Origin: a virus
Taxonomy: Duplodnaviria > Caudoviricetes
Length of the DNA: 43,035 bases
IMG/VR virus record: IMGVR_UViG_3300033407_000042
Span: 1-43,035 of that record
Strand: one strand, 5' to 3'
Shown: in pieces, positions 8,313 through 15,950 of the stretch
Layout of the letters: every line of letters starts with the position of its first letter
Position numbering within the stretch: the stretch's first letter is position 1
Position numbers and translations under genes: made by a program
The notes under the pieces: model-generated
Seen by the model: the letters and a program-made list of their open reading frames with translations, nothing else
Database searches by the model: none
Told to the model about the DNA's origin: nothing

Positions 8313-8476
8313 CACATCGCCTCCCCATTCCGGCGGCGGACGTATTCGGAAAGGTCGCCTTCAAGCTGGATCCAGTCGATATCCGGCTCAGGCTCTGGCT
8401 TGCCGACCTCAGAGGCGATGAACAGAATGACGGCGATGAAAATCAGGACGCCGCAAATGACGAGGGCCGTGGTCAT
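8312..8476 (-). CDS. 54-aa single-TM membrane protein (MTTALVICGVLIFIAVILFIASE...)
   Basis: Manual translation; ATGA coupling to the RNA ligase stop; GGAGG SD. Confidence 0.65.
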   Translation of the reverse strand: MTTALVICGVLIFIAVILFIASEVGKPEPEPDIDWIQLEGDLSEYVRRRNGEAM

Positions 8477-9012
8477 GCTGCCTCCCCCTTCGCCTTGTCG
8501 TCGTTTTCAGCGAGGACTTTGTAGAGATGGCGGGAAGCGGTCATGAAGACGATGACGCCTTCAGGCTTCATGAAGCCGGGAGCAGCTACCGATCCCGCTT
8601 CTCTTAGGCTATCCAAAACCCAATCGACGGTGGTTGTGGTGAAGTCGCCTTGATAGAGGACAGGGACAACACTGCAGCATGCCGGAAGCGCTTCGTTTCC
8701 GGTCCACCGACCAGAGTTGAACAAAGAAAATCGCTTTTCAGAAAGGCCATAACCGCGTTGAATGCCGTTGCCCCACCATTCCCCGAAATGCTGACCTGGG
8801 CCGAGGGACGAAAGGTCGTCTTCGTTAGCCTTCACCCATTTGGCGAAGCCGTAGTTGTCATCTTCCGGGCTAATCCAGCGGTTACGGGAACCGGCTCGAA
8901 TGGAACCATCTTCTCCGATGACGATCTGGGCATTCGTGCCATCAAGCTTTTCGGTGATGACGCACCCACGCTTGAGGCGAGGGATCTTGGGGAATGGGAT
9001 AAACTCACTCAT
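8473..9012 (-). CDS. RNA ligase, Rnl2-like nucleotidyltransferase domain only
   Basis: Motif I EKLDGTN, Ia GSRNR, III FGEW, IIIa FSLFN, IV EGVIV, V YK. Confidence 0.85.
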   Translation of the reverse strand: MSEFIPFPKIPRLKRGCVITEKLDGTNAQIVIGEDGSIRAGSRNRWISPEDDNYGFAKWVKANEDDLSSLGPGQHFGEWWGNGIQRGYGLSEKRFSLFNSGRWTGNEALPACCSVVPVLYQGDFTTTTVDWVLDSLREAGSVAAPGFMKPEGVIVFMTASRHLYKVLAENDDKAKGEAA

Positions 9013-9197
9013 GCTTCCGTTCCTTCCCTGCGGGTTTCTGGGCGCTCGAACTTGGCAGCGCCGGGACGTTCTTCGATGATGTCAGTGACGATGGTTCCGA
9101 GAAGGCACGTGTCGTCTTCCGTCTCAGGACCGCGAGGGACGTTGAGGTGGGCAACGCCGCGCATCTGGGATTTGTGGGAGGTTTCGAAGGGGGTCAT
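9009..9197 (-). CDS. Hypothetical protein
   Basis: ORF track; ATGA coupling on both sides. Confidence 0.55.
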   Translation of the reverse strand: MTPFETSHKSQMRGVAHLNVPRGPETEDDTCLLGTIVTDIIEERPGAAKFERPETRREGTEA

Positions 9198-9412
9198 GCG
9201 GGCTTTTCCTCATCCCACACGACGCAACCGCGAATGCGGCCACCAATCATTTCAGGGGCACACTTGAGGCAGACAGCACCATGACCGGGACCACCCATAC
9301 CGTCGATCATTTCGCCGCAGAGGCTGCACACGATCAGCGCCGCACTAGCGAAGCGGAACCCCTCTTTTTGGGTGTGAACCGGCGTCAACTCGTAATAGTC
9401 TGGCTTGCTCAT
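9194..9412 (-). CDS. Small Zn-finger protein
   Basis: Start trimmed to MSKPDYY; CSLC...CLKC. Confidence 0.65.
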   Translation of the reverse strand: MSKPDYYELTPVHTQKEGFRFASAALIVCSLCGEMIDGMGGPGHGAVCLKCAPEMIGGRIRGCVVWDEEKPA

Positions 9413-9732
9413 ACCCGTTCCCCCACCCTCTTCCCGGAAAGCATCTCCTGGAAAATGGCTATGGAAGTGGGACGGGAGACAACGGGGCGGAAGCAACGAT
9501 GGTCGTAGTCGAGTTCAAACCAGCCCAATCGTGTGAGAACCTTAGGGTTCACGAACTCCTCAAAAATGAGGCCAGTCTGGACTTCACCACTAGAGCGAAG
9601 CGCAGTCTGTATGCCGCGAATGGTATAGACGACACCGACCTGAAGAACTTTGGAATCTGGGTGCTTGAATTTCTTAAGGCCATCCGGCGCTTTAATCGCG
9701 ACAACCTTCATCCCAACCCTGAACGCCGTCAT
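9409..9732 (-). CDS. Hypothetical phage protein (FRVGMKVV...GVVYTIR...CFRPVVSRPTSIAIF)
   Basis: ORF track; coupled to neighbours. Confidence 0.75.
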   Translation of the reverse strand: MTAFRVGMKVVAIKAPDGLKKFKHPDSKVLQVGVVYTIRGIQTALRSSGEVQTGLIFEEFVNPKVLTRLGWFELDYDHRCFRPVVSRPTSIAIFQEMLSGKRVGERV

Positions 9733-10130
9733 GCTGATTTCCTTTCGGTGTGGGCGGCCGCAGCAATAATCCGCTCATGACGGAACCGCTGGGGCTTCCG
9801 GGCCTCGTACCAAAACATGACGCGAGGAGGCTCATGCCAGCAGACAAGAGAAACCGTCTCAGCGTCCGCATAGAACCGCTCAGCCTTTCTCATGGTGGCT
9901 CCGCTCTCCATGGCGGTGTCGATGATCAGGAGCTTCCCCAAATGCCAAGGGAAGTTGGCCTTGAACGGGATAAACGGGACGCCGAGAATATGGCTGGCAT
10001 ACACCGACGCCAGCGCGCCAGACCGTCCGGGGCCGGTCACACTCCCTACGTCTTCGAAGCCATCCGCAAGCAGGCTGCGAATGCGCTCCGCGAACTCAGT
10101 TTCGCTGATGATGCGAGCGGTCTCGCTCAT
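9729..10130 (-). CDS. Type I phosphoribosyltransferase-fold protein
   Basis: VTGPGRSGALASVYASHILGVP (PPi loop) and LLIIDTAMESGATM (PRPP loop, second acidic residue replaced by Thr). Confidence 0.75.
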   Translation of the reverse strand: MSETARIISETEFAERIRSLLADGFEDVGSVTGPGRSGALASVYASHILGVPFIPFKANFPWHLGKLLIIDTAMESGATMRKAERFYADAETVSLVCWHEPPRVMFWYEARKPQRFRHERIIAAAAHTERKSA

Positions 10131-10132
10131 GG

Positions 10133-10342
10133 CTATTCCGCTGCCTCCGCTTTGGAACGCTTCTTGAAAATGTCGGGGCGTAGCTTCTCGCGAGGGATGC
10201 CGGTCGCGGCCTCGATCTCAGCGATGCGGGCAATCGGGGCCTTCTTCCACTGCGATATGGCAGACGGCTTTACACCAAGCTTTTCAGCCAGTTTCAGGCG
10301 GCGACCACGGGCGGCGTCGAAATATTCAGTGAGCTTATCCAT
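10133..10342 (-). CDS. cro: Cro-like repressor
   Basis: LAEKLGVKPSAISQW..P....IEAATGIPREKLRPDIF; divergent from cI. Confidence 0.9.
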   Translation of the reverse strand: MDKLTEYFDAARGRRLKLAEKLGVKPSAISQWKKAPIARIAEIEAATGIPREKLRPDIFKKRSKAEAAE

Positions 10343-10348
10343 GCCCCC

Positions 10349-10376
10349 ATCTTAAGTGCTGCTTAACTTAAGTCAA
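10349..10376 (-). promoter_or_regulatory. PR promoter (likely leaderless cro mRNA)
   Basis: TTGACT-N16-TAAGAT-N6-ATG. Confidence 0.75.
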
Positions 10377-10382
10377 GCTGAA
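10352..10382. promoter_or_regulatory. Right operators TTAAG-N5-CTTAA (10352-10366 perfect; 10368-10382 one mismatch)
   Basis: Palindromes TTAAGTGCTGCTTAA and TTAAGTCAAGCTGAA overlapping PR; same motif recurs at PL. Confidence 0.8.
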
Positions 10383-10400
10383 TTTGTAAGTGGGGCCGTA

Positions 10401-10429
10401 TGGAAACAAAAATAAGTGAGGGGCACTAT
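10401..10429 (+). promoter_or_regulatory. PRM-like promoter (likely leaderless cI mRNA)
   Basis: TGGAAA-N17-CACTAT-N6-ATG(10436). Confidence 0.55.
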
Positions 10430-10435
10430 CGGCGC

Positions 10436-10780
10436 ATGACAAAGGTGACGCCGAATTTCAAGAAACCGAAGCCCAGATACTATTTCCGGGAGTGGCGCAA
10501 AAAGCGCGGACTGACGCAGGAGGAACTTGCCGAGCGCGTAGGGGTGACGCCGCCGAGCATCTCGCAGCTCGAGCGCGGCTTGCAGGGCTTCTCCGATTCC
10601 ACCCTTGAAGCGGTCGCCTATGCGCTGGGTTGCTCACCTGGGGATCTGCTTATGAGAAACCCACTGGACGATGACGCACCGTGGTCAATATGGGACACCG
10701 TGAAGCAATCACCGCCCGACACCCGCCGGGCGATTGTTGCTGTTGTCGAGACGATGCTTAAGACAGGGACGGACGCCTAG
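10436..10780 (+). CDS. cI: CI-like XRE-HTH repressor without S24 autopeptidase domain
   Basis: REWRKKRGLTQEELAERVGVTPPSISQLERG; only 114 aa. Confidence 0.88.
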   Translation: MTKVTPNFKKPKPRYYFREWRKKRGLTQEELAERVGVTPPSISQLERGLQGFSDSTLEAVAYALGCSPGDLLMRNPLDDDAPWSIWDTVKQSPPDTRRAIVAVVETMLKTGTDA

Positions 10781-10974
10781 ACCCTCAGGGCGATGATCAT
10801 CAGGGGCACTTTCTTGTCAGCCTTGTCGTATCGGATATCAACCCGCCGGACGCCGGGAATCTCCAAGCGTATTGCGGTTTCGAGCTTCTGAATGAGTTCT
10901 GGAATTTGCGTATTTAGCATAACAGGTGGCAAAGCCGTTGATGCGGCCAAGCTCAAGAAATCTCTTCTATACAT
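10777..10974 (-). CDS. 65-aa protein convergent on cI with twin-arginine-like N-terminus
   Basis: GGGAGAGGG SD before MYRRDFLSLAASTAL. Confidence 0.65.
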   Translation of the reverse strand: MYRRDFLSLAASTALPPVMLNTQIPELIQKLETAIRLEIPGVRRVDIRYDKADKKVPLMIIALRV

Positions 10975-11159
10975 TGCCCTCTCCCTCGAAACCTTCAGGT
11001 TTGCGCACGTCGTCGTGGCGATCAAGCAGATTAGAGATGACCCCAAATATGGTCTTCCGACAGGCTTTAGGAAATGATAACAGCAGTCACCAAGCAGACA
11101 GGAAATAACGGATGATTTATCCAAAGTCTCGGGCTGGAAAAATATGGTTTTGGATCGTA

Positions 11160-11645
11160 ACTATTGTCATATGGATGGCAGCATTTAAGGCCGCTCGTAT
11201 TCTTCTGGGATCCTGACATATGCCCATAGGCGTCAACTAAGACGGTAGCTAAGGCTAGACCGAACCGATGTATTCAGAGCGTACAGACAGAGTTGAGCTT
11301 TATCGCCCCGGCTGGCGTAGTCCACCTGAGGGGCCGTCTCTCCTGGCTAGACCCGGTTTCCCGGTTCCTTAGCGTGTTCTGCGTTTATCTCCTGCCCTTG
11401 CGAGGCGGATAAGGCCGTCTTAAAGCCCGCCGAACCCTGTCTTATGCCTTTCCTATGAAGTTTGGCCCGGAATCGCGGCATCCCTTCACGTAAGCTCCAG
11501 AAATTCGAAGGCTCCGGGACCTGTTGGGAGAGTTTGCAGTTGCAAAACGCAACTTGTGTGTTAAAACAATCAGGTCTTGGCGGGAACCCTTCCCAAAGAA
11601 CCGCCAGATTTTAGCCCGCTCGAAGCACAACCGCTTCGGCGGGTT
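11160..11645 (-). ncRNA. Candidate long structured non-coding RNA (about 480 nt)
   Basis: No credible ORF; nested long-range stems; GAAA and GCAA tetraloops on the minus strand; ends approximate. Confidence 0.55.
11540..11567 (+). promoter_or_regulatory. Promoter for the antisense sRNA
   Basis: TTGCAA-N16-TAAAAC. Confidence 0.55.
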
Positions 11646-11652
11646 TCTTTTT
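11573..11652 (+). ncRNA. Candidate about 80-nt antisense sRNA (hairpin plus terminator)
   Basis: TGGCGG/CCGCCA stem (11578-11606) followed by an intrinsic terminator; promoter immediately upstream. Confidence 0.55.
11614..11652 (+). terminator. Intrinsic terminator
   Basis: GCCCGC-T-CGAAGC-acaacc-GCTTCG-GCGGGT followed by TTCTTTTT. Confidence 0.8.
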
Positions 11653-11682
11653 GCCATGCGATTCCCCATCACGCAAGTTTTT

Positions 11683-11733
11683 TTAAGTAGGGCTTATTTT
11701 TTCCTTGCAATCTATTTAAGTCCGGCTTAAGTT
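11683..11733 (+). promoter_or_regulatory. PL promoter with left operators
   Basis: TTGCAA(11705)-N17-TAAGTT; operators TTAAGTAGGGCTTAT (11683-11697) and TTAAGTCCGGCTTAA (11716-11730). Confidence 0.8.
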
Positions 11734-11789
11734 CTATCTCACCACCCAGCGACCCCCGGCACTGATCGGATCGCAGAACAGAGGATGAG

Positions 11790-12182
11790 ATGATGACGAA
11801 GGTCAGCCGTATGACACCAGCAATAAAGACGGTCCTTGCGTACGTTCATCTGACCGGCCGGATGCCCGCGCATATTCGCACTCGCACTTATGTCGATGCT
11901 TTGGATTTCGTGACTGGCGAATTCCCGAAGAAGTTGACGGATGAGGCTCTTGAGTGCGTGAAAAATCACCCATTCGTGAAGGGCCGGGACTACCTCGTTT
12001 CTTTGGGCTTTGAGAGCAAGCCTTCGGTTCCCCACAAGCGCGACAAGCAAACGTCTCATACCTTGCGATTTCTAAACCTCGAAACAAAAGCCGAGGCTCA
12101 CGTTCTCAGGTCCGGCGGCGGTTGGATTTGGACGCCGAATGGACGCGGCATGAATACCGAAAAACTAGATGGGAAGTTTTGA
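11790..12182 (+). CDS. Hypothetical protein (first PL gene)
   Basis: ORF track; GAGGA SD. Confidence 0.75.
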   Translation: MMTKVSRMTPAIKTVLAYVHLTGRMPAHIRTRTYVDALDFVTGEFPKKLTDEALECVKNHPFVKGRDYLVSLGFESKPSVPHKRDKQTSHTLRFLNLETKAEAHVLRSGGGWIWTPNGRGMNTEKLDGKF

Positions 12183-12183
12183 G

Positions 12184-12423
12184 ATGACGCTGCGCCAATT
12201 CATGGTTCGCATCCTGCGGGATACTGACGAGGAATACGCCGACATTGTCGTTGATGCCGAGAGCGAATTCCAGGCAAAGATGATCGCCTTGAACATCGTC
12301 AACAAGAGGCCCGGCCTCTACTTCGGCGACCCCGCCGACCCACAATATATCATCGATCCTTCGAGTGACGTGGAAGACGTGACGGGCGGCGAATACGCCA
12401 GCGCGAACGAGGTGCGGTCATGA
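12184..12423 (+). CDS. Hypothetical acidic protein
   Basis: Start trimmed to MTLRQF. Confidence 0.7.
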   Translation: MTLRQFMVRILRDTDEEYADIVVDAESEFQAKMIALNIVNKRPGLYFGDPADPQYIIDPSSDVEDVTGGEYASANEVRS

Positions 12424-12626
12424 TGGCGAACAAGTGGTGCCAATCAACACTGTTGCTTGGAATTTGCGTCGGGTTTTGGTTCGGCACCTTTCTCAGCTTT
12501 ATCCATATCTACATCCCGCCTTTTCTAGCCGTGGCCGCTGGCTTCGGTTCGCTTTGGATCGGAGCCAATTGCCGGGGAACTGACGGGTGGGGCGGTCCTT
12601 ACCACGGCCCCACCGATCACCACTAA
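12420..12626 (+). CDS. Small two-TM membrane protein
   Basis: Two hydrophobic segments; GAGGTG SD. Confidence 0.6.
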   Translation: MMANKWCQSTLLLGICVGFWFGTFLSFIHIYIPPFLAVAAGFGSLWIGANCRGTDGWGGPYHGPTDHH

Positions 12627-12664
12627 CCCCCCCCCCGGCGATGCTGGGTATGAGGAGATGACAG

Positions 12665-12961
12665 ATGGCGAAGACGATCAAAAACGTTCCATTGAAATTT
12701 CTGCAGTTGTGCACGGTCAAATCGGAAAAGGCACAAGACCTTACGCGGGACGAAATCTGCGCACTCATGGGTTGGTGCGACTGCCAAGAAGATGCCCTGT
12801 GGGACAGCATGTCGCTTCAGGAAATTCTCAACGTCTACCGCGTCAGCGCTGAATGGGACACGTGGGAAGGGTGGGCATCAGAAGATGTTAAGGCCGCTCA
12901 CAAGGCTTGGAACCGAGCTGTGATCTGGCCTGGGAACAAGATGCAGCCTCTCGCCGCCTGA
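12665..12961 (+). CDS. Hypothetical protein
   Basis: GAGGAG SD; ORF track. Confidence 0.75.
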   Translation: MAKTIKNVPLKFLQLCTVKSEKAQDLTRDEICALMGWCDCQEDALWDSMSLQEILNVYRVSAEWDTWEGWASEDVKAAHKAWNRAVIWPGNKMQPLAA

Positions 12962-13020
12962 TCCCCTTCGGCATCCCGCCACCCGCGCGGGATTTCGAAA
13001 GTGATGAATGGAGATGACAG

Positions 13021-13350
13021 ATGAGCGAGACAGTGAAGCATACGAAAGGCCCCATCCTTATTGACGAGCACGACGGCAAGTTTTGGCTGACGGCCGACCG
13101 GTCATGCTCAGATGTAGAGGGCGTTGCTGTCGTCTACAAGCGCGCCGACGCTGAACTTTTCGCCGCAGCTTCTGATCTTCTGCAAGAAGGAAGCGCGTTC
13201 CTCATGGCCGCCGAGGCGGTTTTTGACTGGATGAACGGAAACGATCTGTCCGCCGATCATAAAAAAGCGCACCCGGAAGACTTCAAGCAGGTGTCGGAAA
13301 CCTTGCTGGCTTTCCGCGCTGCCATCGCCGCCGCCGAGGGCAGGACATGA
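13021..13350 (+). CDS. Hypothetical phage protein (KHTKGP...ADAELFAAASDLL...RAAIAAAEG)
   Basis: Motif typical of early-left phage proteins; GGAG SD. Confidence 0.8.
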   Translation: MSETVKHTKGPILIDEHDGKFWLTADRSCSDVEGVAVVYKRADAELFAAASDLLQEGSAFLMAAEAVFDWMNGNDLSADHKKAHPEDFKQVSETLLAFRAAIAAAEGRT

Positions 13351-13736
13351 AGCGCCAGTTCATCAACTCACGCGAAGTCCTCATCCCTGTCGATGCACAC
13401 CGTACGGGCTTCTATCTCTCCGAAACATTTGTCGTCGGCATGACCTTTGCCACGGCTGCGGAAGCGATGGCCCGTCACCACAACGACGAAACGACGAAGT
13501 TCATCCGGTTCGACATGGACACGCTGACCGGCGAGGACGTGACCGAGGAAATGGCTGGGGCCTACCTCGACGATACGAACCTCACGCCGCACGACGAAGA
13601 CCGTCTTTCCACGTTCGTCCGCACTTCGGAAGCGTGGGAGCGGTTTTGCAAAGACTGGGCTGACGAAGCGTCCAGCGGCGCTGTCTACACGCAAGCAACA
13701 CACGGGACGTTGAACCGTCAGCAGCAGGGAGTTTGA
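13347..13736 (+). CDS. Hypothetical protein
   Basis: ORF track; coupled. Confidence 0.75.
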   Translation: MKRQFINSREVLIPVDAHRTGFYLSETFVVGMTFATAAEAMARHHNDETTKFIRFDMDTLTGEDVTEEMAGAYLDDTNLTPHDEDRLSTFVRTSEAWERFCKDWADEASSGAVYTQATHGTLNRQQQGV

Positions 13737-13739
13737 GAC

Positions 13740-14147
13740 ATGGACACCAAGGAAATTCAGAAGCGCATCGACGAGCTTATGAGCAACATGCTGGCGAAAG
13801 GGCTCAAGAGCCCAGTTGTTCAGTTCGACTTGGAAAGCGGCAGGGCCGAACAGCGCATCTACCTGCGTTGGGACGATCCGACGAAACTTAACCACACTTC
13901 CTACGACGGGACCATTGTCCACTTCATCCGCAACAAGGATGCGAAGGCGACACTTGATGACGCTGCGGCACTCATCGACGCCCTGCCGTCCGCCGAGGAA
14001 ACGAAGCTCAAGCAGTTCATGGGCGCACTCGCCAACGTCATCGAGCTTGGCAAGTCCAACGGCATCGAAGTCGAGTTCCTGAACCCTCTCGCGGCCACCA
14101 TGAAGAAGCTTTCCGACAACATTCTGACGGACCAGCGCGCCGCCTGA
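13740..14147 (+). CDS. Hypothetical protein
   Basis: ORF track; GGAG SD. Confidence 0.75.
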   Translation: MDTKEIQKRIDELMSNMLAKGLKSPVVQFDLESGRAEQRIYLRWDDPTKLNHTSYDGTIVHFIRNKDAKATLDDAAALIDALPSAEETKLKQFMGALANVIELGKSNGIEVEFLNPLAATMKKLSDNILTDQRAA

Positions 14148-14203
14148 CCCCGCGCATAGCTGCGCAGACACTGAACACCGTGAACCAACAAGAGGAAATG
14201 ACG

Positions 14204-14422
14204 ATGCGCAATTATTTCGGACTCGGAGCCTTCATCGCCGCAAGTCTTGCGTCCCCTGTCTCGATGCAGCCCATAGAAATCATCAACGTCCCCGAAGCTC
14301 CGACATACCGGCGCTCATCCACGAGGGTCAAGACCGGCAACAGGTATCCGATGAACGGCAAGCGTGAATGCGCCCGCCGCGTTCGTCAGGCCGAAGCTCT
14401 CGCAGCCAAGCGCGCCGAGTAA
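14204..14422 (+). CDS. Small basic hypothetical protein (NGKRECARRVRQ)
   Basis: AGAGG SD; start uncertain. Confidence 0.6.
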   Translation: MRNYFGLGAFIAASLASPVSMQPIEIINVPEAPTYRRSSTRVKTGNRYPMNGKRECARRVRQAEALAAKRAE

Positions 14423-14456
14423 CCCCACACCCCCGCGACACCAAGAGGAGACAGAG

Positions 14457-14885
14457 ATGGCAGACGCAAAAACATACACCCTCGAAAACGACTACATGCC
14501 GATCATCAAGGGCGATGTCGATATCCCGAACGCCGAAGCGGTCGATCCGCTGTTGTTCCTGAATAACCTTGCATCGGGTGGCCATAGCCTGGTTCCGCAT
14601 TGGGGTTGGGGCCGCATCACCGGGCAGCGGAAACAGTGGACGCAGTTCTTTCTCACCCCGGCTGGGATGGGTGGTCGCTTCGGCGGCGGCGGGTACGCGG
14701 TCACCTATGGAGGCAGCAAGTACGATCAGGAAACCAAGAAGAGCACACAGACGCCCATCGTGCTGCGGTTCGCAATCTGCAAGCACGAGAAGGTTGATGC
14801 AATCGGCGCGAACCATCAGCGCGGATGGCACCCCGGCTCTTGCAAGCATTGCGGTCTCGACATGACCGTAGATAGCGGGGATTGA
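14457..14885 (+). CDS. Hypothetical protein with C-terminal CKH...CKHC Zn-binding motif
   Basis: GAGGAG SD before MADAKT. Confidence 0.75.
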   Translation: MADAKTYTLENDYMPIIKGDVDIPNAEAVDPLLFLNNLASGGHSLVPHWGWGRITGQRKQWTQFFLTPAGMGGRFGGGGYAVTYGGSKYDQETKKSTQTPIVLRFAICKHEKVDAIGANHQRGWHPGSCKHCGLDMTVDSGD

Positions 14886-14946
14886 GCTATGACCCAATTC
14901 CGCACCGCCCTCGCCTCTTTCACCGCCTTCATGGAGGGGTAGGATA

Positions 14947-15315
14947 ATGGCTGACCTCACCGCACTTATCGAACGGCTGGAAGCTGCAACGGGGCCGTCC
15001 AGAGAAACAGATCATGAAATCCACACGGCCACCAACAAGGCTCTTCGTGCTGGGTTTAGGTTCGGCCATGTACCTCATTATTGTTCTTCCGTTGATGACG
15101 CCGTGGCTCTGGCTGTTCGGGTTCTGCCGGGATGGTATTTCGAGCACATAGGGAACGATGCAATGGGCGGCGACTACGACATGTCGTGGGTAGGGTGGAC
15201 CGTCGATATTTCGCCCGGAATGTCAGGTGGATTCCAGGGCCATGCAAAAACCCTTCCCGTTGCTATCTGCCTCGCAGTCCTCCGCGCTCTTTCAGCACAG
15301 GAGGACGAGAAGTGA
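14947..15315 (+). CDS. Phage ABA-sandwich-like protein
   Basis: PHYCSSVDDA..L....LPGW and T.PVAICLA.LRA motifs. Confidence 0.6.
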   Translation: MADLTALIERLEAATGPSRETDHEIHTATNKALRAGFRFGHVPHYCSSVDDAVALAVRVLPGWYFEHIGNDAMGGDYDMSWVGWTVDISPGMSGGFQGHAKTLPVAICLAVLRALSAQEDEK

Positions 15316-15950
15316 CAGATCGCCCTATTCTCTTTTCTGCGCCTATGGTCCGCGCTTTGCTCGACGGTCGGAAGACGCAAACGCGGCGGATGCTGAAGCC
15401 GCAGCCTCACCTGATGAGCGACAAAGGCTTGTCGTACATCGGCACTGACGGGAAAGGTCACCGGCCCCGCATCTTTGTTGGTGATCGCCTCTATGTCCGA
15501 GAGCATTGGAGGACCAGCGGTTCGCTGGACAGCATAGCGCCGCGTGACCTGCCACGGAATGCAGCCGTCCTCTACAATGCCGACGAAGAACGTCCGGTAT
15601 GGGCAGGGAAGCATAGGCAGGCCATGCATATGCCCCGCTGGGCTTCCCGCCTGACGCTCACCGTCACCGACGTGAGGGTGGAGCGCTTGCAGGATATCAG
15701 CGCCGACGATGCCGAAGCCGAAGGTTGCCCACCTTGCCCGGTCTGCAATGACCATGGCTGGATTAATTCAGGCCCTGATGGTGGATGGCAATGCACTGCG
15801 GTTGGATGCGGGGATGCTTACGTCGATCAATACCACCGCCTCTGGGACCACATCAACGGTCCCGGCGCATGGGACGAAAACCCATGGGTCGTCGCCTACA
15901 CCTTCACCGTCCAGCGCGGGAACATTGACCAGATCGGCGGTGCCTCATGA
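15312..15950 (+). CDS. ASCH/PUA-like domain protein
   Basis: PILFSAPMVRALLDGRKTQTRR...GDRLYVRE...MPRWASRLTL...VERLQDIS..DAEAEG...NPWV; GTG start. Confidence 0.8.
   Translation: MTDRPILFSAPMVRALLDGRKTQTRRMLKPQPHLMSDKGLSYIGTDGKGHRPRIFVGDRLYVREHWRTSGSLDSIAPRDLPRNAAVLYNADEERPVWAGKHRQAMHMPRWASRLTLTVTDVRVERLQDISADDAEAEGCPPCPVCNDHGWINSGPDGGWQCTAVGCGDAYVDQYHRLWDHINGPGAWDENPWVVAYTFTVQRGNIDQIGGAS

Noticed and set aside
11442-11730. Short ORFs 11442-11672 (-) and 11524-11730 (+)
   Set aside because: No SD; they run through a terminator, promoters and operators; the region is better explained as structured RNA
14889-14942. 17-codon ORF MTQFRTALASFTAFMEG
   Set aside because: Too short to support; may be only a translational coupling spacer
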